The position numbers were made by a program, and so were the translations under genes. 64,000 bases of DNA from an uncultured delta proteobacterium (lineage in GTDB: Bacteria; Desulfobacterota; RBG-13-43-22), in assembly GCA_963743305.1 (NCBI GenBank), contig CAVUPH010000014.1, positions 96,001 through 160,000 of the forward strand, given 5' to 3'. The notes under the pieces were generated by a model. That model did no database searches and was not told where the DNA came from. It saw only the letters and a program-made list of their open reading frames with translations. Below, piece after piece: positions 51,861 through 62,700 of the stretch. Position 1 is the stretch's first letter. Each line of letters starts with the position of its first letter.

Positions 51861-53051
51861 TCACGAATTTCCGCCGGGGACAGGTCCTCGTCCTGGTTCA
51901 GATTCTTCATTTAAAATCGAAAGATACTTCCTATAGGCATAAATACGATTTCTTTTTTTACCGGTTAATTCTTCGATCAGCCCGAGACCGCCTAAACCTG
52001 CCAGGGCTTTATTGACCGTATTCGGGACCAGCTTCGTTTTAGCGGTCAGGGATCGGATGGATTGGATGGGGGAGTCCAGAAAGGCCTGGTGGACCATTCC
52101 TGCGGTCCCGGCCAGGCGACCCAGTCCCAGGGTTTTTTTTCGATCGGCTTCGGCCAAATTGATTAAACGTCCGGCGGTATCGGTACTTTGGGAGGCCGTA
52201 AAACGGACGGCCTCACTGAAAAAGCCGAGCCAGCCCTCCCAATCGCCTTCGGTTCTGACACGCTGCAATTGTTCATAATATTCATCCCGGCGGCTTTTGA
52301 AATAAAGGCTGAGATATAACAAGGGTTTTGACAGGATTTTTTCAGTGCATAAAATCAAGGTTATTAAAAGGCGGCCCAATCGGCCGTTTCCATCCAGAAA
52401 GGGATGGATCGTTTCAAACTGGACATGGGACAATCCGGCTTTAACCAGCGCAGGGGTTTTGTTGGGGCGGTCGTTCAAAAAAAGCTCCAGATCTCCCATC
52501 AAAGGCAATAATTCGCCGGGGGGAGGCGGCACATAAACGGCGTTGCCGGGACGACTGCCACCTATCCAATTCTGGCTGGACCTGAACTCACCGGGTTGAC
52601 GATGGGCGCCCCGCCCCTCAGATAATAGCATTTTGTGTATTTCCTTGATCAGCCGCAGGGAAATCGGAAAGCCGTTATTAAGTTGATCCAATCCATGGTT
52701 CAAGGCGGCTACATAACGGGAGACCTCCCGGACATCTTCCAGGGGAACTCCTGGAACCTCGTCAATCTCAAACAGAAGCAAATCGGCCAGGGAGGATTGG
52801 GTCCCCTCAATCTGTGAAGAAAGAACCGCCTCCTTGCGAATATAAAGGTATAATAACAAGTCGGTATCCGGCAAAAATGAAGCGGCGCTGTCCAGTCGGC
52901 CAAGGGCGAGAAGGGCTTGGTCAAGACCTTCCCTTAACTTATCACCGATTTTTAAGGGTGGATCAGGGGGAAGGGGTTTAGGAATAAAGGCTTTGACGGT
53001 TTCACCTACGGTACTAACCGGGATAAAATGGCCTGTTAGACGCTTTTTCAT
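51861..53051 (-). CDS. Fic-family protein with C-terminal HTH
   Basis: SSQIEGT, HPFLDGNGRLGR. Confidence 0.93.
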   Translation of the reverse strand: MKKRLTGHFIPVSTVGETVKAFIPKPLPPDPPLKIGDKLREGLDQALLALGRLDSAASFLPDTDLLLYLYIRKEAVLSSQIEGTQSSLADLLLFEIDEVPGVPLEDVREVSRYVAALNHGLDQLNNGFPISLRLIKEIHKMLLSEGRGAHRQPGEFRSSQNWIGGSRPGNAVYVPPPPGELLPLMGDLELFLNDRPNKTPALVKAGLSHVQFETIHPFLDGNGRLGRLLITLILCTEKILSKPLLYLSLYFKSRRDEYYEQLQRVRTEGDWEGWLGFFSEAVRFTASQSTDTAGRLINLAEADRKKTLGLGRLAGTAGMVHQAFLDSPIQSIRSLTAKTKLVPNTVNKALAGLGGLGLIEELTGKKRNRIYAYRKYLSILNEESEPGRGPVPGGNS

Positions 53052-53090
53052 GGTGAATCCTTACTGCAGAATTTGAAATAAGTTGGAGTA

Positions 53091-53122
53091 TTATTGCACG
53101 AAAGACTTGTATCGTGCAATAA
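53091..53122. promoter_or_regulatory. Perfect inverted repeat upstream of fic (putative operator)
   Basis: TTATTGCACGA-N10-TCGTGCAATAA. Confidence 0.6.
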
Positions 53123-53160
53123 AATTGGCCGGGGAAAAGGGCGTCTGGACTAGTGAGACC

Positions 53161-53188
53161 CTGGATCCCGGATCGAGCCTGGGATGTC
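53161..53188 (-). repeat. REP-like repeat
   Basis: Reverse-complement near match to 57951-57978. Confidence 0.65.
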
Positions 53189-53257
53189 GACTAAAAACAA
53201 AAGCCAAATAGGCTCAGACCTTGTCGGGGTCATCCTCTTTTTGAGCGGCATCCTCCG

Positions 53258-53689
53258 CTAAGGCTCGTCGAGCTTCTTAATTCGAGCGACATGCCGACCA
53301 GCCTCAAACGGCGTCGAGAGCCAGACATCGACGATCGTCAAGACGTGCTGCTCCGGCACCAGGCGCTGCCCGAGGGAGAGGATGTTCGCGTCGTTGTGCG
53401 CCCTGGACAGCCGGGCCGACTCCTCATCCCACGAGACGGCACAACGCACGCCGCGAATCCGATTGGCGGCCATGGCCTCGCCGTTACCGGAGCCCCCGAA
53501 GATGATTCCGCGTTCCAGTTGGCCCTGGGCGACGGCCAACGCGCAAGGGCGAATGAAATCGGGATAGTCAACCGGCTCTTCCGAGTTGGTGCCGAAGTCC
53601 CGCACCTGATGACCCAGGCGGCGCAAATGCTCCGCGACGAGCGTCTTATACCGAAACCCCGCATGATCGGCAGCAACCCCGATGCGCAT
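53258..53689 (-). CDS. rpiB: Ribose-5-phosphate isomerase B
   Basis: ADHAG, VDYPDF, GGSGNG, HNDAN, GRHVARI. Confidence 0.95.
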   Translation of the reverse strand: MRIGVAADHAGFRYKTLVAEHLRRLGHQVRDFGTNSEEPVDYPDFIRPCALAVAQGQLERGIIFGGSGNGEAMAANRIRGVRCAVSWDEESARLSRAHNDANILSLGQRLVPEQHVLTIVDVWLSTPFEAGRHVARIKKLDEP

Positions 53690-53842
53690 AGCTCACCTCC
53701 TGACCGCCCAACATAGACTATTAAGACAGTTGGCTGCAAATGAAATGGTAGTCAATTAAAAGCGGAAACAAGAGAAATCCTTTCTGGTGGTTCGAAACTC
53801 GCTGATTCGGTAATTTTTGTTCTCGGGTCAAAAGGATAGGCT

Positions 53843-53868
53843 TGGATTCCCGCCTGCACAGGAATGAC
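53843..53868 (-). repeat. REP-like repeat
   Basis: GTCATTCCTGTGCAGGCGGGAATCCA on the minus strand. Confidence 0.6.
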
Positions 53869-54080
53869 GAAATGATATGTATTTTCAAAATCTTACGAAT
53901 TTAGCCCCTGCCCTTCTCCTTAAAAAATTGACTTTGCCCCTTTAATCCCATTATATTCAAGACATTTTATGAGAAATCTGTAAGCGACCCGTTTATTCCT
54001 CTCGCCCGTTCCCTCCGATTACTTGAACGCTCAGAATGGCAGAGAGACCTTTTTTCGAACTTCGTCAGGGCAGACAAAAA

Positions 54081-57073
54081 ATGACCAAACGATTAGAGAT
54101 TACCTTAAAGCCCGAGCTAAAGGACCCCGAGGGGGAAAACCTGCGGAAAAAGGCCCGAAATTATCTGGGCTTGACCCTGGAGGAGGTCCGCACCCTCCAG
54201 GTGCTGACCTTTGACACCTCGCTGACGGATGAGCAGTTGGAAGACGTCCGGGTCCGAATTTTTACCAATCCGGTAACCCAGGTTTCCTCCTTTGAACCGC
54301 TGGCCAAGGATTTTGACTGGCTCATCTGGATCGGTTTTTTGCCCGGGGTGCGGGACAATGCCGGCAGCACGGCCCGGGAAGCCGTCGAAGCCCTGCTGGG
54401 AATCAGCCTCCCGGAAGGGGAAGCCATTTATACCTCCCGGCAATATCAACTGAAGGCCCCGCGCTTGAAGAAAAGGCAGGTGGAAAATATCGCCCGGGAG
54501 TTGCTGGCCAATGACCTGATCCAGCAGTGGAAGCTTTTTCAGCGGTCCGACTGGGACCCGGAAGCCGGGATCGGTTGGCCTGTCTCCAAGGTCGCCCTCC
54601 GGCACCAGCCCTCGGTTTCAGTGATCCCGGTGGATTCCCTGGACTTCCTGCTAAAGATCAATAAAGAACGGTCCTGGGCCCTGCCGGCCGGGGATTTGAA
54701 AGTCATTCAAGCCTACTTCAACAAGCCGGAGGTCCAGGCGGCCCGAAAAGCCGTGGGCCTTTCGCAGCCCACCGACGTAGAGCTGGAATACATCTCCCAG
54801 GCCCGGAGCGATCATTGCAACCACAATACTTTTCAGGGCCTTTTTAAGTACCGGGATCTGGATACGGGAGAAGAAGTCCTGATTGATAATCTTTTCAAAA
54901 CCTTTATCGAGGCCCCGACCCTGCAAATCCAAAGGGAAAAAGACTGGGTGGTCTCGGTCCTCTGGGACAATGCCGGCGTGGCCCGCTTTGACGAAGAGCA
55001 CCATTACGTGATTACGGCTGAGACCCATAACAGTCCTTCCAATATGGAACCCTATGGCGGTTCCCTGACCGGGATCGTGGGCGTTTACCGGGACCCCCTG
55101 GGCACGGGCAAGGGCTCGAAGCTCATCATGGGCAGTTACGGGTTCTGCGTCGGCCCGCGGGATTACTCCGGGCCGCTTTCACCCCGCCTGCATCCCCGAC
55201 GGCTTTTGGACGGGATCATCGAAGGGGTCCGGGACGGGGGGAACAAGAGCGGGATCCCCACTCCTTTCGGACAGGTCTTTTTCCATCCCGGGTATTTAGG
55301 GAAATGCCTGGTTTTTGTGGCCGCCCTGGGTTTCATGCCGGCCCACATCAACGGGGAGCCCAGCGACCGGAAACGCACCGAACCGGGAGACCTGATCGTC
55401 ATGTGCGGCGGGCGGGTGGGCAAAGACGGGATCCACGGCGTCACCGCCTCCTCGGAGGTCTACAGCGCCGACACCCCGGCCGGTCACGTCCAGATCGGCG
55501 ACCCCTACACCCAGAAAAAAATGCACGATTTTCTGCTGGAGGCCCGGGACGAGGGGCTGATTACCTACCTCACCGACAACGGAGGCGGTGGATTGTCTTC
55601 CTCGGTGGGAGAATCGGCCCGATTCAGCAACGGCTGCGAGGTTTATCTGGACCGGGTGCCTCTGAAGTATGACGGGCTGGATCAATGGGAAATCTGGGTC
55701 TCCGAATCCCAGGAACGGATGACCGTGGGCCTGAAACCGGGATTCTGGGAAAAGTTCCAGGCCCTGGCCCGAAAGCATGACGTGGAAACCACGGTCATCG
55801 GCCGTTACACCGACTCCGGAAAAGTGCATCTCCTTTATCGAGACCGAACCTGCGGTTACGTGGACCTGGATTTTTTAAAGAGCGATTTCCCCCAATGGGT
55901 TTTTGAAGCGGAATGGCAGCCCCGGAAAAACGGGGATTTTATGAACCGGTTTTTCAGGAACCGGCGGATTACGAAGCCCTCCTGAAAGACCTGTTCTCCC
56001 GGCCCAATATCGCCTCTAAAAACTGGATCGCCCGTCAGTACGATCACGAGGTCCAGGGTGGCAGCGTCCTTAAGCCTCTGGTCGGCAAATACCGGGATAT
56101 CCCGGGCGACGCGGTGGTCTTACGGCCTTACCTCCCCTCCCGGCGCGGCCTGGCTTATACTCAGGCCCTCAACCCGACCTACTCGGCCTTGGATACCCGG
56201 GCCATGGTCGCCGTGACCATCGACGAGGCCGTCCGCCGGCTGCTGGTGGTGGGGGCCGACCTGGAGCAGATCGGGGGAGTGGATAATTTCTGCTGGCCGG
56301 CCATCCAGTACCACGCCCAAGAGAATCCGGATGGGAAGCTGAAGGCCGCTCAACTGGTGCGGGCCAATCAGGCCCTGAAGGAAGTCTGCCTCCATTTCGG
56401 TATCCCCCTGCTGTCCGGCAAAGACAGCATGTACGTGGATGGTTATATCCAGGGGCCTTACGGGGAAGCCCACCGGGTTTCCGGCCTGCCGACCCTGCAG
56501 TTCACCGCCACCGGCGTGGTGGCGGATGTGGTCCAGTGCCTGTCCCTGGATTTTAAATTTCCCGGAGATCTCATCTATATATTAGGGGAGACCCGGGACG
56601 AACTGGGAGGATCCGAGTATTATGAAATGATGGGCTATGTCGGTCTTCAGGTGCCCCGCTTCCGTGGGGATAAGGAGAGAGAGCATTACCGGGTCCTCCA
56701 GGAGGCCATCGGCCAAGGCCTGGTCTCGGCGGCTCACGGGGTTTATCGGGGCGGACTGGGGATCCATCTGATCCTCATGGCCCTGGCCGGGGACTTGGGC
56801 CTGGAAATGGATCTGTCGCGCGTCCCGGCTTCGCCCAACCTCCGACCGGACAAACTATTGTTTTCCGAGACCTGCGGGCGGGTTATCCTGACAGTGGACC
56901 CGCAGAAGCAGGAGGCCTTTGAAGACTTGATGGCCGGTTGTATCTGCCGATCGGTGGGGGAGGTGACCAAGACCCGGCGGGTGGTATTCACCCAAGAAGG
57001 GCAAAACCTGATTAGAACAAGATTGAAAAACTTTCGGGCCGCCTTCCACCGGCCCTTCGGAGATTTGGTATGA
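54081..57073 (+). CDS. purL: FGAM synthase PurL (PurS-like N-region, separate PurQ); frameshift in C-run near 55920
   Basis: SDHCNH, ETHNSP, DNGGGG, SESQERM, QYDHEV, SGKDSM; adding 1 nt gives 997 aa. Confidence 0.95.
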
Positions 57074-57915
57074 ACGGTCCACGGGCGTTGGTCTTAACCG
57101 GATACGGGCTGAATTGCGACTGGGAAACTCAGCATAGCCTGACCCTGGCCGGGTTCCAGGCGGAACGGGTCCACATCAGCCAGTTGATCGCTTCTCGAGA
57201 GGATCGGAATAAAGTCAACCTTCAGGACTATCACCTCCTGGCCCTGGATGGCGGCTTCAGTTGGGGAGACGATCACGGAGCCGGGGTTATTCTGGCCGCC
57301 CGGCTCAAGTATACCTTGCAGGAAGACCTGGAGGCCTTTATCTCTGCCGGTAAATTGATCATCGGTATCTGTAACGGCTTTCAGGGCATGGTCAACCTGG
57401 GGCTGCTGCCCGGTTTCGCCGGCGATTATGGGAAAAGATTAGTGGCTTTGATCGCCAATGAGGGTGGAAATTTCCGGAACGACTGGGTGCGGCTGCGGGC
57501 CAATCCGGATTCTCCCTGTATTTTTACCCGGGGAATTGAAAAAATTGAACTGCCTATCCGCCATGGAGAAGGCCGGTTTTATGCGCCTCCCGAAGTGCTG
57601 GAGCAACTGGTGGCCGGGCAGCAGGTCGCCCTGTCCTATGCCCTGCCGGCGGGAGAAAAGGCCCAGGGCCATTTCCCGGAAAATCCCAACGGCTCCTTGC
57701 TGGATATCGCCGGGATTTGCGACCCCAGCGGGCGCATTTTCGGGTTGATGCCCCATCCGGAGGCCTTCCATCATTGGACCAACCATCCTCGCTGGACGCT
57801 GATCAAAGAAGCGTTGCGGCGGGATGGAAAAAGTCTGGAAAAAGAGGAAGGCCAGGGCCTGCGCCTTTTCAAGAACGCCGCCGAATATGTGCGTCGGAAT
57901 TTATTAGGTGAGTAA
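57070..57915 (+). CDS. purQ: FGAM synthase glutaminase subunit
   Basis: GGFSWGD, GICNGFQ, NPNGS, MPHPE. Confidence 0.95.
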   Translation: MNGPRALVLTGYGLNCDWETQHSLTLAGFQAERVHISQLIASREDRNKVNLQDYHLLALDGGFSWGDDHGAGVILAARLKYTLQEDLEAFISAGKLIIGICNGFQGMVNLGLLPGFAGDYGKRLVALIANEGGNFRNDWVRLRANPDSPCIFTRGIEKIELPIRHGEGRFYAPPEVLEQLVAGQQVALSYALPAGEKAQGHFPENPNGSLLDIAGICDPSGRIFGLMPHPEAFHHWTNHPRWTLIKEALRRDGKSLEKEEGQGLRLFKNAAEYVRRNLLGE

Positions 57916-57950
57916 ATCCGAACGCCGCTTTTGGGCTTTTGTTTTTTTCC

Positions 57951-57978
57951 GTCATCCCGGACTCGATCCGGGATCCAG
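57951..57978 (+). repeat. REP-like repeat
   Basis: GTCATCCCGGACTCGATCCGGGATCCAG. Confidence 0.65.
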
Positions 57979-58070
57979 GTTTCTGACCAACTTTTCTTTT
58001 CATGCTTCGGGGTGCCGATTCGGGCCTGGGGGTTAATACGAAAATTGAATCGGATGAGGAATCCTAACCA

Positions 58071-58718
58071 TTGTTTGTCACCTTTGAAGGAATAGAAGGT
58101 TCCGGTAAAACCACCCAGATCAAGCGACTGCGAAAGGTCCTGAGAGAGCGGGGCTTGTCCTGCCTGGTGACCCGGGAACCGGGGGGAACGGCCATCGGAA
58201 AGCAGATCCGAACAATTTTGCTGGATCAGCGCAACAAAAGCATCCAGCCGAAAACGGAGCTGTTCCTTTACTTGGCCGACCGCTGTCAGCATGTGGCCGA
58301 AAAAATCCAACCGGCGCTCATCCGGGGGGATTGGGTGATCTGCGACCGTTTTTGGGATGCTACGCTGGTTTACCAGGGCTTGGCCCGGGGACTGAACCTG
58401 AGGACCCTGGAAAAGCTACGCCCCCTGGTATTGAATTCCCTGGTTCCGGACCTGACCTTTTTGCTGGACTGTCCGGTCACTATCGGCCTGCCTCGGGCCT
58501 GGAAAAGAATCCAGCGGTCCGCTCAGGGCCTGCGGGAGTCCCGCTTTGAAGAAGAGGCCCAGGCCTTTCACGAAAAAATCCGGCAGGGGTATTTGGTTCT
58601 GGCCCGGCGGGAACCCCGGCGCTTCCGGGTTCTGGACGCCACCCATCTCCCTGAAAAGATTCACCAGGAAATCCAGTGTCATCTTTTTCCAAAGGACCCC
58701 GGCACCCATGTCTTTTAA
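58071..58718 (+). CDS. tmk: Thymidylate kinase
   Basis: FEGIEGSGKTTQ, TREPGGT, CDRF...YQG. Confidence 0.97.
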   Translation: MFVTFEGIEGSGKTTQIKRLRKVLRERGLSCLVTREPGGTAIGKQIRTILLDQRNKSIQPKTELFLYLADRCQHVAEKIQPALIRGDWVICDRFWDATLVYQGLARGLNLRTLEKLRPLVLNSLVPDLTFLLDCPVTIGLPRAWKRIQRSAQGLRESRFEEEAQAFHEKIRQGYLVLARREPRRFRVLDATHLPEKIHQEIQCHLFPKDPGTHVF

Positions 58719-59709
58719 AGACATTCAAGGACAAGAGCGGGCTATCGGACTGCTGCGGCGGGCCTTGGACCGGGACAAAGTCCACCATGCCTACCTGTTT
58801 ACCGGTCCGGACGGGATCGGGAAAAAAAAGACGGCCCTGGAAATGGCCAAGGCCTTGAATTGTCTGCAGCCGGGCTCGGATGGAGGCTGCGACTCTTGCG
58901 CTTCCTGTCTGAAAATAGGAAAAAATTGCCATCCGGACCTGGTGCATCTGAAACCGGAAAAAAATCAGATCACGATTGATCAAATTCGGGAACTGGAGGA
59001 ACAAGTGGCCTATCCGCCCTATGGAGGCCGGTATCGTCTGATCCTCCTCGATAAAGCGTCGGACTTGAATGTCTGGGCCGCCAACGCCTTTTTGAAAACC
59101 CTGGAGGAACCGCCGTCCGGAAATATTTTTGTCCTTTTGGTCAATGATCCGGGCGAACTCTTGCCCACCCTGGTTTCCCGGTGCCTGCGGCTTACTTTCA
59201 GCCCTCTCTCCCTGGACCTGATCAACCGAAAATTGATCACGGATCTGGGATCAGACCCCGAAAAAGCTCTGGTCATCAGCCGTGCCTCCGGGGGAAGTTT
59301 GGGTCGGGCCTGTCATCTGTTCGAGAAATTTTCGGAAGAGAAATCCTGGGATAAGAATTTGGAATCCTGGCTGCGGCAGTTGGAGTCCCTTCCCCTGGGT
59401 CGCCTGTCCCCCTTAATCGAAGGGGTGAAGGATTGGCTGGGTTCCCGGGAGCAGATGCAGGAGGCCCTGGAAATCGGCAGTACCTGCTTACGGGATATCC
59501 TCTGGTTCCGTAACGGCTTGGACGAACTCGTTTTTCTCCCGACCAAATATAAGGAAAGGCTTAAGGGCCTGGCCTTTCGCTGCCCGGAAAAAACCTGGCT
59601 CAAGGGCTACGACCTGATTACCCAGGCCGCCCAGGATCTCCTTCGGCAGGTCAACCCCCAATTGACCTGGGAAATGCTCTGGATCAACATGGCCCGGGCA
59701 GCTCACTGA
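58708..59709 (+). CDS. holB: DNA polymerase III delta' subunit
   Basis: HAYLFTGPDGIGK, C-x2-C zinc module, HPDL, ANAFLKTLEEP, SRC. Confidence 0.95.
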   Translation: MSFKDIQGQERAIGLLRRALDRDKVHHAYLFTGPDGIGKKKTALEMAKALNCLQPGSDGGCDSCASCLKIGKNCHPDLVHLKPEKNQITIDQIRELEEQVAYPPYGGRYRLILLDKASDLNVWAANAFLKTLEEPPSGNIFVLLVNDPGELLPTLVSRCLRLTFSPLSLDLINRKLITDLGSDPEKALVISRASGGSLGRACHLFEKFSEEKSWDKNLESWLRQLESLPLGRLSPLIEGVKDWLGSREQMQEALEIGSTCLRDILWFRNGLDELVFLPTKYKERLKGLAFRCPEKTWLKGYDLITQAAQDLLRQVNPQLTWEMLWINMARAAH

Positions 59710-59772
59710 TTTTTCACTTATAAAATTTTAGTTCCTATCGTATAATAAACTTAAGGACTCTAAGTGGCTTTT

Positions 59773-60609
59773 ATGGAAAAGGAATCCTTAAAAATAGTCG
59801 GAGTCCGGTTTCAACAGGCGGGCTGTATCTATGATTTCGATTGCGGACACTTCGTGATGAAATCCGGAGATAAGGTAATCGTTAAGACGGAACAGGGCTT
59901 GGGTCTGGGGAAAGTGGTCCGGGGTCCCTTCAAGGTCGATCCGCCCGAGGGGGGACGCGAGTTCAAAAAAATATTCCGCATGGCCCACGCCGAGGACCTG
60001 GCCCAATACGATAAGATCCGGGAGCGCGAGAAAGAGGCCTTCCGTTTTTGCCTGGAGCGCATCCGGGAACGGAACCTGCAAATGAAACTGGTCCGGGTCG
60101 AATGTTTTTTCGACGGCAGCAAGGTCATCTTCTATTTTACCGCGGACGGCCGCGTGGATTTTCGGGAATTGGTGAAAGACCTGGTTCATCGTTTTCATAC
60201 CCGGATCGAAATGCGTCAAATCGGGGTGCGCAACGAGGCCAAGATGATCGGCGGTTTGGGCCCCTGCGGGCGGGAGTTATGTTGCGCTTCGTTCCTGCCG
60301 GATTTCGCGGCCGTTTCGGTCAAGATGGCCAAAGAGCAGAATCTACCCCTGAACCCCACCAAAATATCTGGAATTTGCGGCCGCTTGATGTGCTGCCTGA
60401 CCTATGAGTATGAAACGTATCAGCAACTGAAAAAGGATTTTCCCAAGATCGGCAAAACCATTATGAGCCCACTGGGACCGGTGAAAGTGCTGAGACAAAA
60501 CGTGATGGAAGGAACGATTCTGGCGGAAACGGCCCAGCGAGAGGAAAAGATCATCAAGGTCTCCGAACTCACCCCGGGGGTTGCCGAAGCCAAAAAGGAC
60601 AAGGGTTGA
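59773..60609 (+). CDS. PSP1/YaaT (RicT) family protein
   Basis: GRVDFRELV, GPCGRELCC, ISGICGRLMCCL. Confidence 0.93.
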   Translation: MEKESLKIVGVRFQQAGCIYDFDCGHFVMKSGDKVIVKTEQGLGLGKVVRGPFKVDPPEGGREFKKIFRMAHAEDLAQYDKIREREKEAFRFCLERIRERNLQMKLVRVECFFDGSKVIFYFTADGRVDFRELVKDLVHRFHTRIEMRQIGVRNEAKMIGGLGPCGRELCCASFLPDFAAVSVKMAKEQNLPLNPTKISGICGRLMCCLTYEYETYQQLKKDFPKIGKTIMSPLGPVKVLRQNVMEGTILAETAQREEKIIKVSELTPGVAEAKKDKG

Positions 60610-60616
60610 TCAACTA

Positions 60617-60773
60617 TGACGGACTCGCAAAAAGTCCGTCAGCAGCCCGAGCGCGATTAAGCGCCGGGCTGGGGTAGGGGTGGAACCATTTGAATTCACT
60701 TCAAATGGCGGGGGAGGGGAAACCATCCCCCGCCGAGCAGAAAGTCGTTTTTTGACTTTTTGCGAGGTCATCA
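60617..60773 (+). mobile_element. MITE-like dispersed repeat, copy 3
   Basis: Flanked by a 4-bp direct repeat ACTA; ends 5 nt before the metG ATG. Confidence 0.88.
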
Positions 60774-60778
60774 ACTAT

Positions 60779-62692
60779 ATGACGCGTACTTTTTATGTAA
60801 CTACTCCGATTTATTACGTCAACGCCGAACCCCATATCGGACATGCCTACAGTACGATCGTCGCCGATACGCTGAGCCGTTTCTATCGGGCCCAGGGGTA
60901 TGAAACCCGCTTCCAGACCGGGACGGACGAACACGGGGAAAAGGTAGTCCAGGCGGCCCAGAAAGAAGGGAAAGAGCCTCAACCGTATGCCGACCGCATC
61001 AGTCAGCTTTTTCAACAAACCTGGCCGGAACTGAATATTCAACCCGATCATTTTATCCGCACTACCGACCCGGAGCATGTGGCCGTGGTTACCGCCATTT
61101 TGTCGCGCGTCCACGAATCGGGGGATATTTATTTCAGCGAATACGGCGGACAGTATTGCGTCGGTTGCGAGCGCTTTTACACGGAACGGGAGATCGTCGA
61201 CGGACGCTGTCCGGACCATCAGACCCCGCTGACCTTTATCAAGGAAGCCAACTATTTCTTTCGCATGAGCGCTTATCAGGACTGGCTAATCCGGCACCTT
61301 CAGGAAAACCCCGATGCCATTCGCCCCGAACGCTACCGCAACGAAGTGCTATCCTTTCTGAAAGAACCGCTGGAGGACTTGTGCATTTCCCGCCCCAAGT
61401 CCCGCCTGACCTGGGGGATACCCCTGCCCTTTGACGATAACTATGTGACCTATGTCTGGTTTGACGCCCTGATCAATTATCTGACCGGTCTGGGCTACCC
61501 CGACGGCCCGCTGTTTCCCAAATTTTGGCCGGCGGTCGAGCACGTCATCGCCAAAGACATTTTAAAGCCCCATGGCATTTACTGGCCGATCATGCTCCAG
61601 GCCGCCGGGATCGCGCCCTATCGTCACTTGAATGTCCATGGCTACTGGAACCTGGATCAATCCAAAATCTCCAAGAGCCTGGGCAACGTCATCCGTCCCC
61701 GGCAGCTCAAAGACCGATTCGGGGCCGATGCCGTTCGTTACTTCTTTTTGCGGGAAATGGTTTTTGGTTTGGATGCCCAGTTCAGTGAAGAAAGCCTGAT
61801 CCAGCGGGTCAATGCCGATCTGGCCAACAACCTCGGCAATTGTTTCAGCCGGACCCTGACCATGATCGAAAAGTATTGCGGGGGCGCCATTCCCGAACCG
61901 GGGGCGCTGGGACCCGAAGAGCAGGTAATGAAAGACCACTTGCTCCAAGTTCGGCAAACCGTCGGCCAGGAGGTGCGGAAGGTGGCCTTTCACAAGGCCC
62001 TGATGGCCCTCTGGGAAGTGATTGACGGAGCCAATAAATACATCGACAGCCAGGCGCCCTGGGCCCTGGCCAAGGACCCGGCCCTCCAGGACCGGCTGAG
62101 GACGGTGCTCTATCTTTTGGCTGAAACCCTGAGGCAAACGGCGGTCCTGCTCAGCCCCTTTATGCCCCAAACGGCCGGCTCCATGCTGGAACAACTGGGT
62201 TGCGGGCGGGGAAAGGAGCCGGGTTCCTGGGAGGAGGAATTGGTTTGGGGACGGTTGGCGCCGGGAACCCCATTGGCGCGCGGACCGGCCTTGTTTCCCC
62301 GCATCGAAGTCAAGAAAGATACGCCGCCGCCGCCCTCCAAGAAGGTCCCCGCCGTAGAAACGAAGGTCCCTACCCTTTTGTCGATCGAGGAGTTTAAAAA
62401 ATGGGACCTGCGGGTTGCCCGGGTGCTGTCCGCCGAACGGATACCCAAGACGGACAAACTGATAAAAATGAAAATCGACCTGGGAGAAGAAAGGACCCTG
62501 GTGGCGGGAATTGGCCGGGATTATGCCCCGGAAGATCTGGTCGGCAAGTCCATCGTGGTGGTGGCCAACCTAAAACCCAGCCAACTGATGGGGGTGGAGT
62601 CCCAGGCCATGCTCCTGGCGGCCGGCGACGGGAAAAGTTTAGCGATCGTGGCCCCGGAAAAAGCGCTCCCGCCGGGAACCAAAGTGAAATAG
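60779..62692 (+). CDS. metG: Methionyl-tRNA synthetase
   Basis: TTPIYYVN..HIGH, YVWFDAL, KISKS; C-terminal tRNA-binding OB domain. Confidence 0.97.
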   Translation: MTRTFYVTTPIYYVNAEPHIGHAYSTIVADTLSRFYRAQGYETRFQTGTDEHGEKVVQAAQKEGKEPQPYADRISQLFQQTWPELNIQPDHFIRTTDPEHVAVVTAILSRVHESGDIYFSEYGGQYCVGCERFYTEREIVDGRCPDHQTPLTFIKEANYFFRMSAYQDWLIRHLQENPDAIRPERYRNEVLSFLKEPLEDLCISRPKSRLTWGIPLPFDDNYVTYVWFDALINYLTGLGYPDGPLFPKFWPAVEHVIAKDILKPHGIYWPIMLQAAGIAPYRHLNVHGYWNLDQSKISKSLGNVIRPRQLKDRFGADAVRYFFLREMVFGLDAQFSEESLIQRVNADLANNLGNCFSRTLTMIEKYCGGAIPEPGALGPEEQVMKDHLLQVRQTVGQEVRKVAFHKALMALWEVIDGANKYIDSQAPWALAKDPALQDRLRTVLYLLAETLRQTAVLLSPFMPQTAGSMLEQLGCGRGKEPGSWEEELVWGRLAPGTPLARGPALFPRIEVKKDTPPPPSKKVPAVETKVPTLLSIEEFKKWDLRVARVLSAERIPKTDKLIKMKIDLGEERTLVAGIGRDYAPEDLVGKSIVVVANLKPSQLMGVESQAMLLAAGDGKSLAIVAPEKALPPGTKVK

Positions 62693-62700
62693 CATTTGCC

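Noticed and set aside
60680-60778. N-terminal extension of MetG
   Set aside because: Derived from MITE sequence; the conserved start is MTRTFYVTT.
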